A DNA stretch of 64,000 bases from an uncultured Sulfurimonas sp. (GTDB lineage: Bacteria; Campylobacterota; Campylobacteria; Campylobacterales; Sulfurimonadaceae): positions 3,117-67,116 of the forward strand of contig CAZXSD010000002.1 in assembly GCA_964642985.1 (NCBI GenBank), in the 5' to 3' direction. Of this stretch, positions 51,917-61,332 are shown in pieces (position 1 is the stretch's first letter; every line of letters starts with the position of its first letter). The notes beneath the pieces were generated by a model. That model was not told the origin of the DNA and made no database searches. It was given only the letters and a program-made list of their open reading frames with translations. The position numbers were made by a program, and so were the translations under genes.

Positions 51917-53128
51917 CTATTTAACTAAAAATTCTTGTTCTAATGCTATTAAATCATCAAATGTTTCACGTCTACGGATAAGTCTTGCTTCGCCACCTTT
52001 CACAGCTACTTCAGCACTTCGTCCACGAGTGTTGTAGTTACTTCCCATACCAAAGCCATAAGCTCCAGCACTATGAATAACTACTAAATCATTATGAGCT
52101 AAGGGAGGAAGAGGATAATCTTTTGCAAAGAAATCTCCACTCTCACAAACAGGTCCAACTATATCAACAGGACGAACTTCCTCTGTTGATTCTGTTACAA
52201 CCTCTATTTTATGATAAGCACTATAAAGAGCTGGACGTAAAAGGTCATTCATCGCACCATCCACTACAAGAAATTTTTTAGTTCCATTTTGTTTTTCATA
52301 TAAAACTTTACTTACAAAATAACCAGCATTTGCAGTTAAAAAGCGTCCAGGTTCACAGATAACTGTTAAATCAAGACCTTTAAGTGTTCCTAGAATAGCT
52401 TGTGCATAATCATAAGTTTGTATAAGTTTTTCATTATCATATTGAACACCTAAACCACCACCAATATCAAAAAACTTTAACTCTATCTTGAGATTTTGAA
52501 GTGAACGTACTAAATCTGCAACTATCTCTGCTGATTCATAGATTGGTTTCAGTTCTGTTAGTTGAGAGCCTATATGAAAATGAATTCCTACTGGGTCTAA
52601 ATACTCAGAGTTATTTGCTTTGATATACATACGTTTAGCACTATCTAAATCAACACCAAATTTATTATCATGAAGACCTGTTGAGATATAAGGGTGTGTT
52701 TTTGGATCAATATTTGGATTAACACGAATACTAACACGAGAAACTTTATTTAACTCTTTTGCGATAAGCTCTACACGACCAAGTTCTGCTTCGCTCTCAA
52801 CATTGATATATAAAATATCTCTCTCTATCGCTTCACGAATCTCATCATCACTCTTACCAACACCTGAAAAAATAATTTTATAAGGAGGAATACCAGCTAA
52901 AGATGCACGACGAACTTCTCCAATAGAAACACAATCAGCCCCCGCACCCATTTTTGCAAAATGTTGAACAACACTAAGATTAGAGTTTGCTTTAACTGCA
53001 TAACAGAGAATTGATTTTCTTGCTTTAAAAGAGTCTTTAAGTTCTGTATATTGAGCTGTCATATAGTCTAAATCGTAAATATATAAAGGAGTTTTATATT
53101 CGTTTGCTAGTTCTTTAAAGTTAATCAT
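51917..53128 (-). CDS. lysA: Diaminopimelate decarboxylase
   Basis: YAVKAN, HIGSQ, EPGR, GPVCESGD, GAYG..M.SNYN. Confidence 0.97.
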   Translation of the reverse strand: MINFKELANEYKTPLYIYDLDYMTAQYTELKDSFKARKSILCYAVKANSNLSVVQHFAKMGAGADCVSIGEVRRASLAGIPPYKIIFSGVGKSDDEIREAIERDILYINVESEAELGRVELIAKELNKVSRVSIRVNPNIDPKTHPYISTGLHDNKFGVDLDSAKRMYIKANNSEYLDPVGIHFHIGSQLTELKPIYESAEIVADLVRSLQNLKIELKFFDIGGGLGVQYDNEKLIQTYDYAQAILGTLKGLDLTVICEPGRFLTANAGYFVSKVLYEKQNGTKKFLVVDGAMNDLLRPALYSAYHKIEVVTESTEEVRPVDIVGPVCESGDFFAKDYPLPPLAHNDLVVIHSAGAYGFGMGSNYNTRGRSAEVAVKGGEARLIRRRETFDDLIALEQEFLVK

Positions 53129-53193
53129 AAATTTTCCAGATAATTTTTGGAGATTTTATCTAAAAAGTGCTTATAAATTTGTTATAAACAATA

Positions 53194-54264
53194 CTACGTG
53201 GAACTGCTATACTTTTTCCACTGTCGAACGGCTATCAAAAATAAAATAATAATAGGTGTAATTACACCTATCTCACTTGGTATTGTTTTATTATTTGAAA
53301 GTTCTATTAACATAAAAAGTATACCCCATACCATTAAAGTTGATATAATTGCACCTAAGCTGAACATTGATATATTAATAGAACGCGCACTAATTGGAAC
53401 AAAAAAGAATATAATAATAACTAAAAATGGTACAAAAAATGGGTATATAAAAATTTTATATAGTGCTGCACGAATGTTACTTGTATCTATATTTTGTTCA
53501 TCCAATAAAATAATAGCATCAATAGCATCCATAATTGTGAAGTTTACTTTTCCCTCATACACTTGGTCTAATATTTTTGGTCGAAAGCCTTTAAGTACCT
53601 TTAAATCATTCATTTCAGTTACTTGAATGCCTGTTGAATCAAAATCTATACTTTTTGGCTTTGTAATAACATTAGCATCTTTAATTATCCAAAATCCATT
53701 ACGATATTCAGCAGAAGATGCAACTAAAACCTCTATTAAAGAGTGTTTATTAATAGTAAAAACTCTAATACCCTCTGCTTTTTCTTGAAGTGGTAACATT
53801 TTTGAAAAATATACATATTTATCTTTATATATAAAAAAAAGGTCTCTTGTTGGACTTAAATATTGTGAATGTTTTTTGATATTATCTGAAAACTCATAAG
53901 CTCTTGAAAAACTTGCTATTGAATGTAATAATATAAAAATTATAATTATTGATGTAGAAACAACTAAAAATGGACGTAAAACATCTATTCTTGTATAGCC
54001 TAATGAAAAAAGAGATACTAAAGCATTTGAACGTATTAAAAAAATTTTAGTTGAAATCATAGCAAAAACTAAAGAAAGGGGAAGAAGCATATCTATAGCA
54101 TAAAAAGATTTGTATACTAAATAGATTAATGTTAAGTTGGCAGAATCTGAAAGGTCAGCACCAAATTGCATATAATCAAAGCCAACTAGAAAGCCGACTA
54201 ATGCTATTAAGATAATAAAAAAGTATTTAAGATAATAATAAGCAATATACTTAAAAGCTAACAT
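53194..54264 (-). CDS. LptF/LptG-family LPS export permease
   Basis: Three TM helices, periplasmic domain, three TM helices; RSNAL.....G motif; downstream of pth. Confidence 0.8.
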   Translation of the reverse strand: MLAFKYIAYYYLKYFFIILIALVGFLVGFDYMQFGADLSDSANLTLIYLVYKSFYAIDMLLPLSLVFAMISTKIFLIRSNALVSLFSLGYTRIDVLRPFLVVSTSIIIIFILLHSIASFSRAYEFSDNIKKHSQYLSPTRDLFFIYKDKYVYFSKMLPLQEKAEGIRVFTINKHSLIEVLVASSAEYRNGFWIIKDANVITKPKSIDFDSTGIQVTEMNDLKVLKGFRPKILDQVYEGKVNFTIMDAIDAIILLDEQNIDTSNIRAALYKIFIYPFFVPFLVIIIFFFVPISARSINISMFSLGAIISTLMVWGILFMLIELSNNKTIPSEIGVITPIIILFLIAVRQWKKYSSST

Positions 54265-54269
54265 CTTTT

Positions 54270-54824
54270 TTAAAAATTAAATTTTTTAACCGTATGTTTA
54301 GAGCTTGTATCTTCAAGTGAATTTTCTAATAAAAACTCTACTGCTTGACAAGATTTTTTTATCCATTCATCTAAATACTCCTGCTCTTGTTTATTAAAAT
54401 TACCTAAAACATAAGAGGCTACCTCTCCCTTATGTTCAGGTTTTCCAATACCCATTCGAACTCTTGCATAATCACGAGATATTTTTTCATCAGTAGATTT
54501 TAAACCATTATGTCCACCATGTCCACCAGCATATTTAAAACGAAGTGTTCCAAATGGAAGGTCTAAATCATCATGTATTACAACAACTTCTTCTACTTTA
54601 TAAAACTTTTTAACAGCAATAACAGAGTTACCCGATAAGTTCATAAATGTAAGTGGTTTTAATAAAAAATGATTTTGAAATTTAAAAAGTTCACCTTGAA
54701 ACGATGAAGAAGATATTTTTTGAGCATTTTGGCGTTTGATAAGTTCATCTACAACTAAAAAACCTATATTGTGGCGTGTAAATTTATAGGCGGAACCAGG
54801 GTTCCCCAGTCCGACTATAAGCAT
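54270..54824 (-). CDS. pth: Peptidyl-tRNA hydrolase
   Basis: GLGNPG, TRHNIG, KP.TFMNLSG, GHNGLKS. Confidence 0.97.
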   Translation of the reverse strand: MLIVGLGNPGSAYKFTRHNIGFLVVDELIKRQNAQKISSSSFQGELFKFQNHFLLKPLTFMNLSGNSVIAVKKFYKVEEVVVIHDDLDLPFGTLRFKYAGGHGGHNGLKSTDEKISRDYARVRMGIGKPEHKGEVASYVLGNFNKQEQEYLDEWIKKSCQAVEFLLENSLEDTSSKHTVKKFNF

Positions 54825-54826
54825 AA

Positions 54827-55363
54827 TTATTTAGCTTTAATAATACTGATTAGTGCAACACGATCAGAATCTAAAACTTTGATATTTTCTAATTCTGGTA
54901 AATCACGTACTAGTTTAGAATCGTTAGTATCCATCTCTGTAACATCAATTTCAATTGTGTTTAAAAGATTTTCTGGAGTACATTTAACAGTTAAACGAGC
55001 TTTAGCCATATGAAGAAGACCTTTATTTTTAAGACCTTTTGCTTCACCAACTGCTACAATAGGAATATTGAATTTAGTTTCAACACCTGGTTGAGCTACC
55101 ATTAAATCAACGTGTAAAAGATTACCTGTAACTGCTTGAGACTCATATGATTGAACAACAACATTTAACTCTTGACCATTTACTGATACTGGAAATGCAA
55201 TAGTTTCTTTGTTACGAACAGCACGGATATATTCATTCATTTTGAATGCAGCATTGATATTCTCAAAACCTTTTCCGTAGATGTTTGCAATTAGATAACC
55301 ATCATTACGAAGCGCTTTTGTTCCCGCTTTGTTTATACTCTCTCTAATAATACCTTCTAACAT
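54827..55363 (-). CDS. rplY: 50S ribosomal protein L25/Ctc
   Basis: LR..G...ANIYG, HVDL; rplY-pth order. Confidence 0.93.
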   Translation of the reverse strand: MLEGIIRESINKAGTKALRNDGYLIANIYGKGFENINAAFKMNEYIRAVRNKETIAFPVSVNGQELNVVVQSYESQAVTGNLLHVDLMVAQPGVETKFNIPIVAVGEAKGLKNKGLLHMAKARLTVKCTPENLLNTIEIDVTEMDTNDSKLVRDLPELENIKVLDSDRVALISIIKAK

Positions 55364-55392
55364 ATAAATTCCTTAATTTAAAATTGTTTGGG

Positions 55393-55398
55393 ATTATA
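55393..55398 (-). promoter_or_regulatory. -10 box of rplY-pth
   Basis: TATAAT on the - strand ~30 nt upstream of the rplY ATG, AAGGA RBS. Confidence 0.55.
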
Positions 55399-55442
55399 GC
55401 GAAAAGAGCTTAAACTGAAATTGTTTTATTTGGGTAGTATAT

Positions 55443-56687
55443 TTACTTTAAATCAAAAAGTTCATCATCTTCATCTTCTAATTCTTCTTGAACAAAATCC
55501 ATTTTAGGAACTACCCCTACCTCATTTTCCTGCTCTAAAGCTAACTCTGTTGCACATGCTACTTTTTCAGGTGCTTCATATTTAGAGTGACTTAAACCAC
55601 TCATTTTTAAAGTTAAATCACTTGGACTTGTTGCACTATCAAGAGCTTGTTTTTTTGAGATAATACCTTGAGAATATAGGTCTAAAATAGATTGGTCAAA
55701 AGTTTGAGAGTGATAATGCTCTTTCCCTTTTTCGATAGCCTCAGGTATCTCATAATCACGATTTTCCATAATAAGCTTTTCAATAGTTGGAGTACGCACT
55801 AATATCTCCATAGCAGCACGACGTCCACCATCTATAGTTGGAATAAGTCTTTGTGAAATCACCCCTTGAAGAACTCCAGCTAAAGAGAGTCTTACACGGT
55901 TTTGTTCATCAGTAGGAAACTGTGCAATAATTCTATTAATAGTCTCTTTTGCATCTATTGTATGAAGTGTTGAAAAAACAAGATGTCCAGTATCTGCTGC
56001 ATGAAGTGCTAACTCTATCGTCTCTTTATCTCGCATCTCTCCCACTAATATAATATCTGGATCTTCACGTAATGCTGCACGAAGAGCATTTCCAAAAGAG
56101 AGAGTATCTTGCCCAACAGTACGTTGATTTATCACACAACCTCTATCTTTATGTACAAACTCAATAGGGTCTTCAATAGTGATAATATGTTTTTTTCTTG
56201 TTGTATTTATCTCATTAATCATAGATGCTAAAGTTGTAGATTTACCACTTCCTGTTACACCAGTTACAAGAACTAAACCTCTTGATTTATTTGTAAAACT
56301 TTTTAAGATAGGAGGTAAGTTTAGTTCACTACAAGAGGGAACTTTTACAGGAATAATACGAAATACGGCAGAGATACCATCCATCTGAAAAAAAATATTT
56401 ACACGAAAACGGTTACGCTCATCAAATGGATAGACTAAATCTAACTCTCTTTTTTCAACTAATTCTGCAAATCTACCTTTTAGAAGCTCTTTTGCAAATG
56501 TCAAAGCATCTTCTGCAGAAAATATTCTTCCTGAAATCTGTACTAAATCCCCATGAATTCTTGCACGAATAACAGAGTTAGCTTTTACATGAAGATCACT
56601 TCCTCCATTGTTAATCATATTTTTAAGATACATACGTATCTTACCTAATTGCTCAAATGTTAATTCACTAATATCTGTTTCTGTCAT
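55443..56687 (-). CDS. pilT: PilT/PilU-family retraction ATPase
   Basis: GVTGSGKST, EDPIE, ALREDPDIILVGEMRD, TLH, SQRL. Confidence 0.88.
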   Translation of the reverse strand: MTETDISELTFEQLGKIRMYLKNMINNGGSDLHVKANSVIRARIHGDLVQISGRIFSAEDALTFAKELLKGRFAELVEKRELDLVYPFDERNRFRVNIFFQMDGISAVFRIIPVKVPSCSELNLPPILKSFTNKSRGLVLVTGVTGSGKSTTLASMINEINTTRKKHIITIEDPIEFVHKDRGCVINQRTVGQDTLSFGNALRAALREDPDIILVGEMRDKETIELALHAADTGHLVFSTLHTIDAKETINRIIAQFPTDEQNRVRLSLAGVLQGVISQRLIPTIDGGRRAAMEILVRTPTIEKLIMENRDYEIPEAIEKGKEHYHSQTFDQSILDLYSQGIISKKQALDSATSPSDLTLKMSGLSHSKYEAPEKVACATELALEQENEVGVVPKMDFVQEELEDEDDELFDLK

Positions 56688-57664
56688 AATGTTTCCAATA
56701 TATCTTTAAATGCGTCTTTAAACTGTTCTAAGCCATCATTAATCTGTTTTTCTATCATAGCATCAAAATCTATTCCAGCAATTAAAATTTTATCAAAATG
56801 CTTTTGGATTATATCCTGAGAGATTGGTAAGGCATTTTTTGTACTAGGATTTGAATGAAATGCTTTGATAGTATCTATCGGTGCAGTATTTACACTGTTA
56901 TAAGCTAAAAGTTGCTCTATATAATAGTGTGCATCAAATGAATCATCTTTTACACCTGTACTTGCAAAAAGGGTTCTACATCCCTCTACTTTCATACTCT
57001 CAACCTCAGAATAAATATCTGCACTGTTATAGATACCTGTTAATGCAGTATCTATCCCTTTTTCTTTAAGCTGAGTATCTAATGCTCTATCTATTCTACT
57101 TACAAAAACACTTATTACACTATCTATTTTTTTGCCATAGATACGAACACCCTCTTTAAAGGCCTTTGCACAAGAGATAGCTTGAGCTTTTGAAAAAATT
57201 AGAGTTGCATTTACAGGAATACCTACCGATAGTAACTCTTTCATAGCGATATAACCAGCATCTGTTGCTGGTACTTTAATCATTATATTTGCTCTATCTA
57301 TCGTTTTAAAAAGTCTTTTTCCCTCTTTAATAGTTGCCTCTGCATCATCACAAAGAAAAGGGTCTACCTCTATACTTACATAACCATCATCATTTTTATC
57401 ATATAAAGGTTTTAAAATATCAGCTGCTTTTTGAATATCAAAAATAGCAACAGCTTCATATTTCTCTTTTGGAGTTAAATCTGATAAAGATGCTAATTGC
57501 TCTTTATATGCAGGAGAATTTAAAATAGCATTTTTAAATATAGCAGGATTTGAAGTAGCTCCATTTATAATACCCTTCTCTATCAACTCTTTAAATTCAT
57601 TATCTAAATAATCTCTCTCTATAAAATCTGCCCAAAGAGAAAATTTCAGTTCTTCTATATACAT
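56684..57664 (-). CDS. tal: Transaldolase
   Basis: LWAD, GATSNP, SIEVDP, IKVPAT, NATLIFS, SVFVSR, ASTG. Confidence 0.93.
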   Translation of the reverse strand: MYIEELKFSLWADFIERDYLDNEFKELIEKGIINGATSNPAIFKNAILNSPAYKEQLASLSDLTPKEKYEAVAIFDIQKAADILKPLYDKNDDGYVSIEVDPFLCDDAEATIKEGKRLFKTIDRANIMIKVPATDAGYIAMKELLSVGIPVNATLIFSKAQAISCAKAFKEGVRIYGKKIDSVISVFVSRIDRALDTQLKEKGIDTALTGIYNSADIYSEVESMKVEGCRTLFASTGVKDDSFDAHYYIEQLLAYNSVNTAPIDTIKAFHSNPSTKNALPISQDIIQKHFDKILIAGIDFDAMIEKQINDGLEQFKDAFKDILETL

Positions 57665-58149
57665 CAAAATATCCTAAATAATTTTTCTTTATTATATCCC
57701 ATAAAAAATAAAATGAGTAGGTGTAGAAAACTTAACATATAGATAATCTCAGAATGAATACTATTTACTCTATCTGTAATATCAAAATAAAGATATATAT
57801 CATATCGGAGTTCACTTGTAGAGAGATATATAAAATATAATCCACTTAAATATAAAGAAAAAATCACTAACTCTTGTAGAGTTAAAATATTATCACTCTT
57901 ATATAAAAGATAAAGGAAGACAAATAGATTTACAAAATATAATAGGTAAGTTGTAGATGCAAAAAGTTTTATCAATCCAAACAATATAATCGGTATATAG
58001 GAGATATAGATAAAAAATTTAGATTTAAAAAAAATTATTATAAAAACAGTTTGTAAAATAAGAGTAAGCGTATATTCCCCTATAAAAAAAAGAGATGATG
58101 AAAAGAAGAGATGAAAACTAAGGAAGATATATTTTATCAAGAAGTTCAT
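57664..58149 (-). CDS. Hypothetical integral membrane protein
   Basis: Highly hydrophobic ORF filling the pabB-tal gap; start uncertain (ATG 58149 or TTG 58140; the ORF-track start at 58218 overlaps pabB by ~100 nt). Confidence 0.5.
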   Translation of the reverse strand: MNFLIKYIFLSFHLFFSSSLFFIGEYTLTLILQTVFIIIFFKSKFFIYISYIPIILFGLIKLFASTTYLLYFVNLFVFLYLLYKSDNILTLQELVIFSLYLSGLYFIYLSTSELRYDIYLYFDITDRVNSIHSEIIYMLSFLHLLILFFMGYNKEKLFRIF

Positions 58150-59056
58150 TATATTCAGAGTTAGCATCACTATCAAGTGTAATCCCCCCTCCACTCTTAT
58201 AGATATACCCATCTTCAATTTTTTCTATAAAACGTATCATCACACCACTATCTAATTTTTTTCCATCATAAATACCAAATACTCCACTGAAATATCCTCT
58301 TTCATACTCTTCAATATCTTCTATAATTTTAACTGTACTCTTTTTAGGCGTACCTGTAATACTTCCAGCAGGTAAAAGTGAAGATAAAATAGTACCAATA
58401 TGACTATGCCAATTATACTCAAGAGTTCCACTAATATGAGAACTCACTTGTAAAAGTTTTTTCTCTCCCGTATCAACTGTTGTTATATATCTAAAATCTT
58501 CTACTGTAACATTTTTAGCAACTATTGAGAGGTCATTTCTCAGTAAATCAACAACCATAATATGTTCAGCCATCTCTTTTGTATCGGCTAAAATTTTCTC
58601 TTTTGCATTCTGTAAAGAAGCATCAATAGTCCCTTTCATAGGATAAGTATGAATTTTATTCTCAGAGATTTGAATAAACTTTTCAGGAGAGAAACATACA
58701 AATTTATCTTTATATCTTAGTTTATAATGAGCATTTGCATTTTGATATATCTCTTTTAAAGAGAGGGAACTTTTAATTTTAGTTTCTTGTGTAAGATTTA
58801 AGAGATAGCTCTCTCCAGCTTTTATTTTATCTATCACTTTTTTAAATTTTTTATAATAAATTTCAAAAGAGAGAGGCTCTTTTTCTAAAGTTTGAGTATG
58901 ATTTTTTTTTATATAGTTTTCATCTATTGCAAACTCTATATCATTTTTTTCTAACTCATCTAAGAGAATAATTTCTATATTTTGAGCCTTGAAATCTGTG
59001 ATGAATAAAAAAGGTTTTCTTTGTTTTCCTAAGGAGTTTAAATCTTGAAATGTCAT
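58118..59056 (-). CDS. pabB: Aminodeoxychorismate synthase component I (short form)
   Basis: FSPE, PMKGT, EHIMVVDLLRNDL, PAGSITGTPK, SGGGIT. Confidence 0.88.
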   Translation of the reverse strand: MTFQDLNSLGKQRKPFLFITDFKAQNIEIILLDELEKNDIEFAIDENYIKKNHTQTLEKEPLSFEIYYKKFKKVIDKIKAGESYLLNLTQETKIKSSLSLKEIYQNANAHYKLRYKDKFVCFSPEKFIQISENKIHTYPMKGTIDASLQNAKEKILADTKEMAEHIMVVDLLRNDLSIVAKNVTVEDFRYITTVDTGEKKLLQVSSHISGTLEYNWHSHIGTILSSLLPAGSITGTPKKSTVKIIEDIEEYERGYFSGVFGIYDGKKLDSGVMIRFIEKIEDGYIYKSGGGITLDSDANSEYNELLDKIYLP

Positions 59057-59059
59057 ATA

Positions 59060-59935
59060 TTACGTATCAGCTATCAACTTTTTAAGTATCGCCATTCTAA
59101 TATTTACACCATTTGTAACCTGCTCTAAAACTTTACATCTTTCATCAGCTAAAAGTGCATCACAAATATCAATATTTCTATGAACAGGTCCAGGGTGAAG
59201 TAAGATAATATCTCTATCCCCTACAAGTTCAGTAGTGATACAAAAATCACTTGCATAATCTTTTAAAGAAGCATAACTTTGTGAAGAGTGACGTTCAGTT
59301 TGAGTTCTTAAACTCATAATAGCATCAACCTCATCAATAATCTCAGGTAAAAAATGAGTGGTTCTCAGTGATGTTTTAGGTAAAAAATGGGGAGGTGCAA
59401 CCAAAATAAGTTCAGCTCCAAAACGAGTTAAAAGTTCAATATTTGAATTAGCCACACGTGAATTTTTAATATCTCCCACTATCGCAATCTTTTTACCTTT
59501 TACAGTTCCTAAATTTTCAGTAAGTGTATAGAGGTCTAAAAGTGCTTGAGTAGGATGAGCATGTGCGCCATCTCCTGCATTTATAATAGAAGCTTTTGTA
59601 GCATTTGAAAGTATTTTAGGCACTCCAGAATTTTGATGACGTACTATAATAGCATCAGGACCCATAGCATCAAGATTCATAGCAGTATCAACAAGAGTTT
59701 CCCCTTTTTTTGTAGAACTTGCATTTACATCAAGATGCACCATCTCTGCTCCAAGACGTTTAGCAGCTATCTCAAAAGAGCTTTTTGTACGTGTTGAATT
59801 TTCAAAAAAGAGAGTAATAATTATCTTATCTTGAAGTATTCTATCAAAACGACCATCGCTAAACTTCTTTGCATCTACTAAAATCTCGTTTATCTCTTGG
59901 ATTGTGAAATCATCTGTTCTTATTAGGTGTTGCAT
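59060..59935 (-). CDS. pyrB: Aspartate carbamoyltransferase catalytic subunit
   Basis: [20 protein letters not shown]. Confidence 0.97.
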   Translation of the reverse strand: MQHLIRTDDFTIQEINEILVDAKKFSDGRFDRILQDKIIITLFFENSTRTKSSFEIAAKRLGAEMVHLDVNASSTKKGETLVDTAMNLDAMGPDAIIVRHQNSGVPKILSNATKASIINAGDGAHAHPTQALLDLYTLTENLGTVKGKKIAIVGDIKNSRVANSNIELLTRFGAELILVAPPHFLPKTSLRTTHFLPEIIDEVDAIMSLRTQTERHSSQSYASLKDYASDFCITTELVGDRDIILLHPGPVHRNIDICDALLADERCKVLEQVTNGVNIRMAILKKLIADT

Positions 59936-60076
59936 TATTTTCCTCTTTATTTTTGAAATAAAATGTATCTGTTTCTTTGATAATTTTACCTAAATTAATA
60001 GGCATTTTTCTCTTGTCTCCTCTCTTTGAGTTCTTTTATCACTATTACTCAAATCAAATCCACACTTTTTACATTC

Positions 60077-60817
60077 CTAAGAGTTAATCTCATCCTTAAT
60101 AACACGAGCCAATTCGCTACACTCTTTAATCTTTTGATTATAATTCAAAGAATCTTGTAACAATATATCTATAAAAGCACTTCCTACAATAACACCATCA
60201 GCACCCTCTACTTTTGATTTAGCAGTTTTTTGATTTACTCCAAATCCTACATAAACGGGAGTTTGTGTATATTTTTTAATATTTTCTAAAAATGGTTGGA
60301 GGTTCTCAGCTTTTCCAGAACCTGTTATACCTGTGTATGCAACCATATATATAAATTTTTGTGCATCAGTTACAACCTCTTTTATTCTTGCATCACTATC
60401 TGTTGGTGCTACAAAACTGATATTAGATACATTGTTCTCATTAAAAAGTTTTTTGTATAAGAGAGCTTCTTCATGAGGAAGATCAGGAACTATAAGACCG
60501 TTTACACCTATCTCTTTTGCAAGAGGAATAAGTTTATCCATATTTTGTTGATAAAAACTATTGAAATAGCCCATCCATAGTGTATCTACCGTAGGAGCTA
60601 CCTCTTTGGAAATATCTAAAAGATGTTGAAACTTAAATCCAAGTTCTAATGCTTTATGATTTGCTTTTTCAATTAAAGGACCATCTGCAACAGGATCAGA
60701 GAAAGGTACACCAAGTTCAAGTGTATCTACACCATTTTCACCAAGGGATAAAGCAAGGTCAATACTAAAAGATTTTTCTGGATACCCAGATGTTATAAAT
60801 GCTACTAAATTTTTCAT
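60077..60817 (-). CDS. trpA: Tryptophan synthase alpha chain
   Basis: ELGVPFSDPVADGP, PDLP, GITG, VGFG, GVIVGSA. Confidence 0.96.
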   Translation of the reverse strand: MKNLVAFITSGYPEKSFSIDLALSLGENGVDTLELGVPFSDPVADGPLIEKANHKALELGFKFQHLLDISKEVAPTVDTLWMGYFNSFYQQNMDKLIPLAKEIGVNGLIVPDLPHEEALLYKKLFNENNVSNISFVAPTDSDARIKEVVTDAQKFIYMVAYTGITGSGKAENLQPFLENIKKYTQTPVYVGFGVNQKTAKSKVEGADGVIVGSAFIDILLQDSLNYNQKIKECSELARVIKDEINS

Positions 60818-60820
60818 AAA

Positions 60821-61222
60821 TTATTTGTCCAAGTCGGGGAGTTTAAGTAGAGAATATTTTACATTGCTAAGAGTTCTATCTTCTTTAAAATCATCATTCC
60901 ATTTGGAAAACATATCTGAAATATTTAATAACCAATCTATAGTTTCTTGCGAGGCACATTTTTCTGTTGTTCGTAATATTTCAAGAATATCTTCCACATA
61001 GGATGAGAGTTTATTCATAGATTTTAGTTGTAGATAGCCTGATGCTGATTTAATATTATGAAAGACACGAAAAAGCTCATCAATACTTCGTTTGCATAGT
61101 GATGGGTCATTCAAATCTAATATCATAATCTCCATACTATCTACCATTAAAGAGTAATGGTCAAGAAATTCATCAACAATATCAAAATCAAAATTAGCTT
61201 CTAAATCACCTCTTATGCCCAT
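60821..61222 (-). CDS. Stand-alone Hpt (histidine phosphotransfer) protein
   Basis: LFRVFHNIKSAS, similar to the CheA P1 motif. Confidence 0.85.
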   Translation of the reverse strand: MGIRGDLEANFDFDIVDEFLDHYSLMVDSMEIMILDLNDPSLCKRSIDELFRVFHNIKSASGYLQLKSMNKLSSYVEDILEILRTTEKCASQETIDWLLNISDMFSKWNDDFKEDRTLSNVKYSLLKLPDLDK

Positions 61223-61247
61223 AAAATAATTCTCCTATATGAAGAGA

Positions 61248-61281
61248 ATTATATCACTTTTTATTAATAATAAGCTATAAT
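61248..61281. promoter_or_regulatory. Divergent -10 boxes for the Hpt-trpA unit (-) and the ABC-F unit (+)
   Basis: TGATATAAT on the - strand (61256-61248); TATAAT on the + strand (61276-61281). Confidence 0.55.
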
Positions 61282-61332
61282 CGCGAAAATTAATAGGCTT
61301 ACCTTTTAGTGCCTACATGAGAGAATAAATAT

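Noticed and set aside
61294-61315. TAGGC/GCCTA hairpin in the ABC-F leader as an attenuator
   Set aside because: Only 5 bp, with no convincing leader peptide or terminator.
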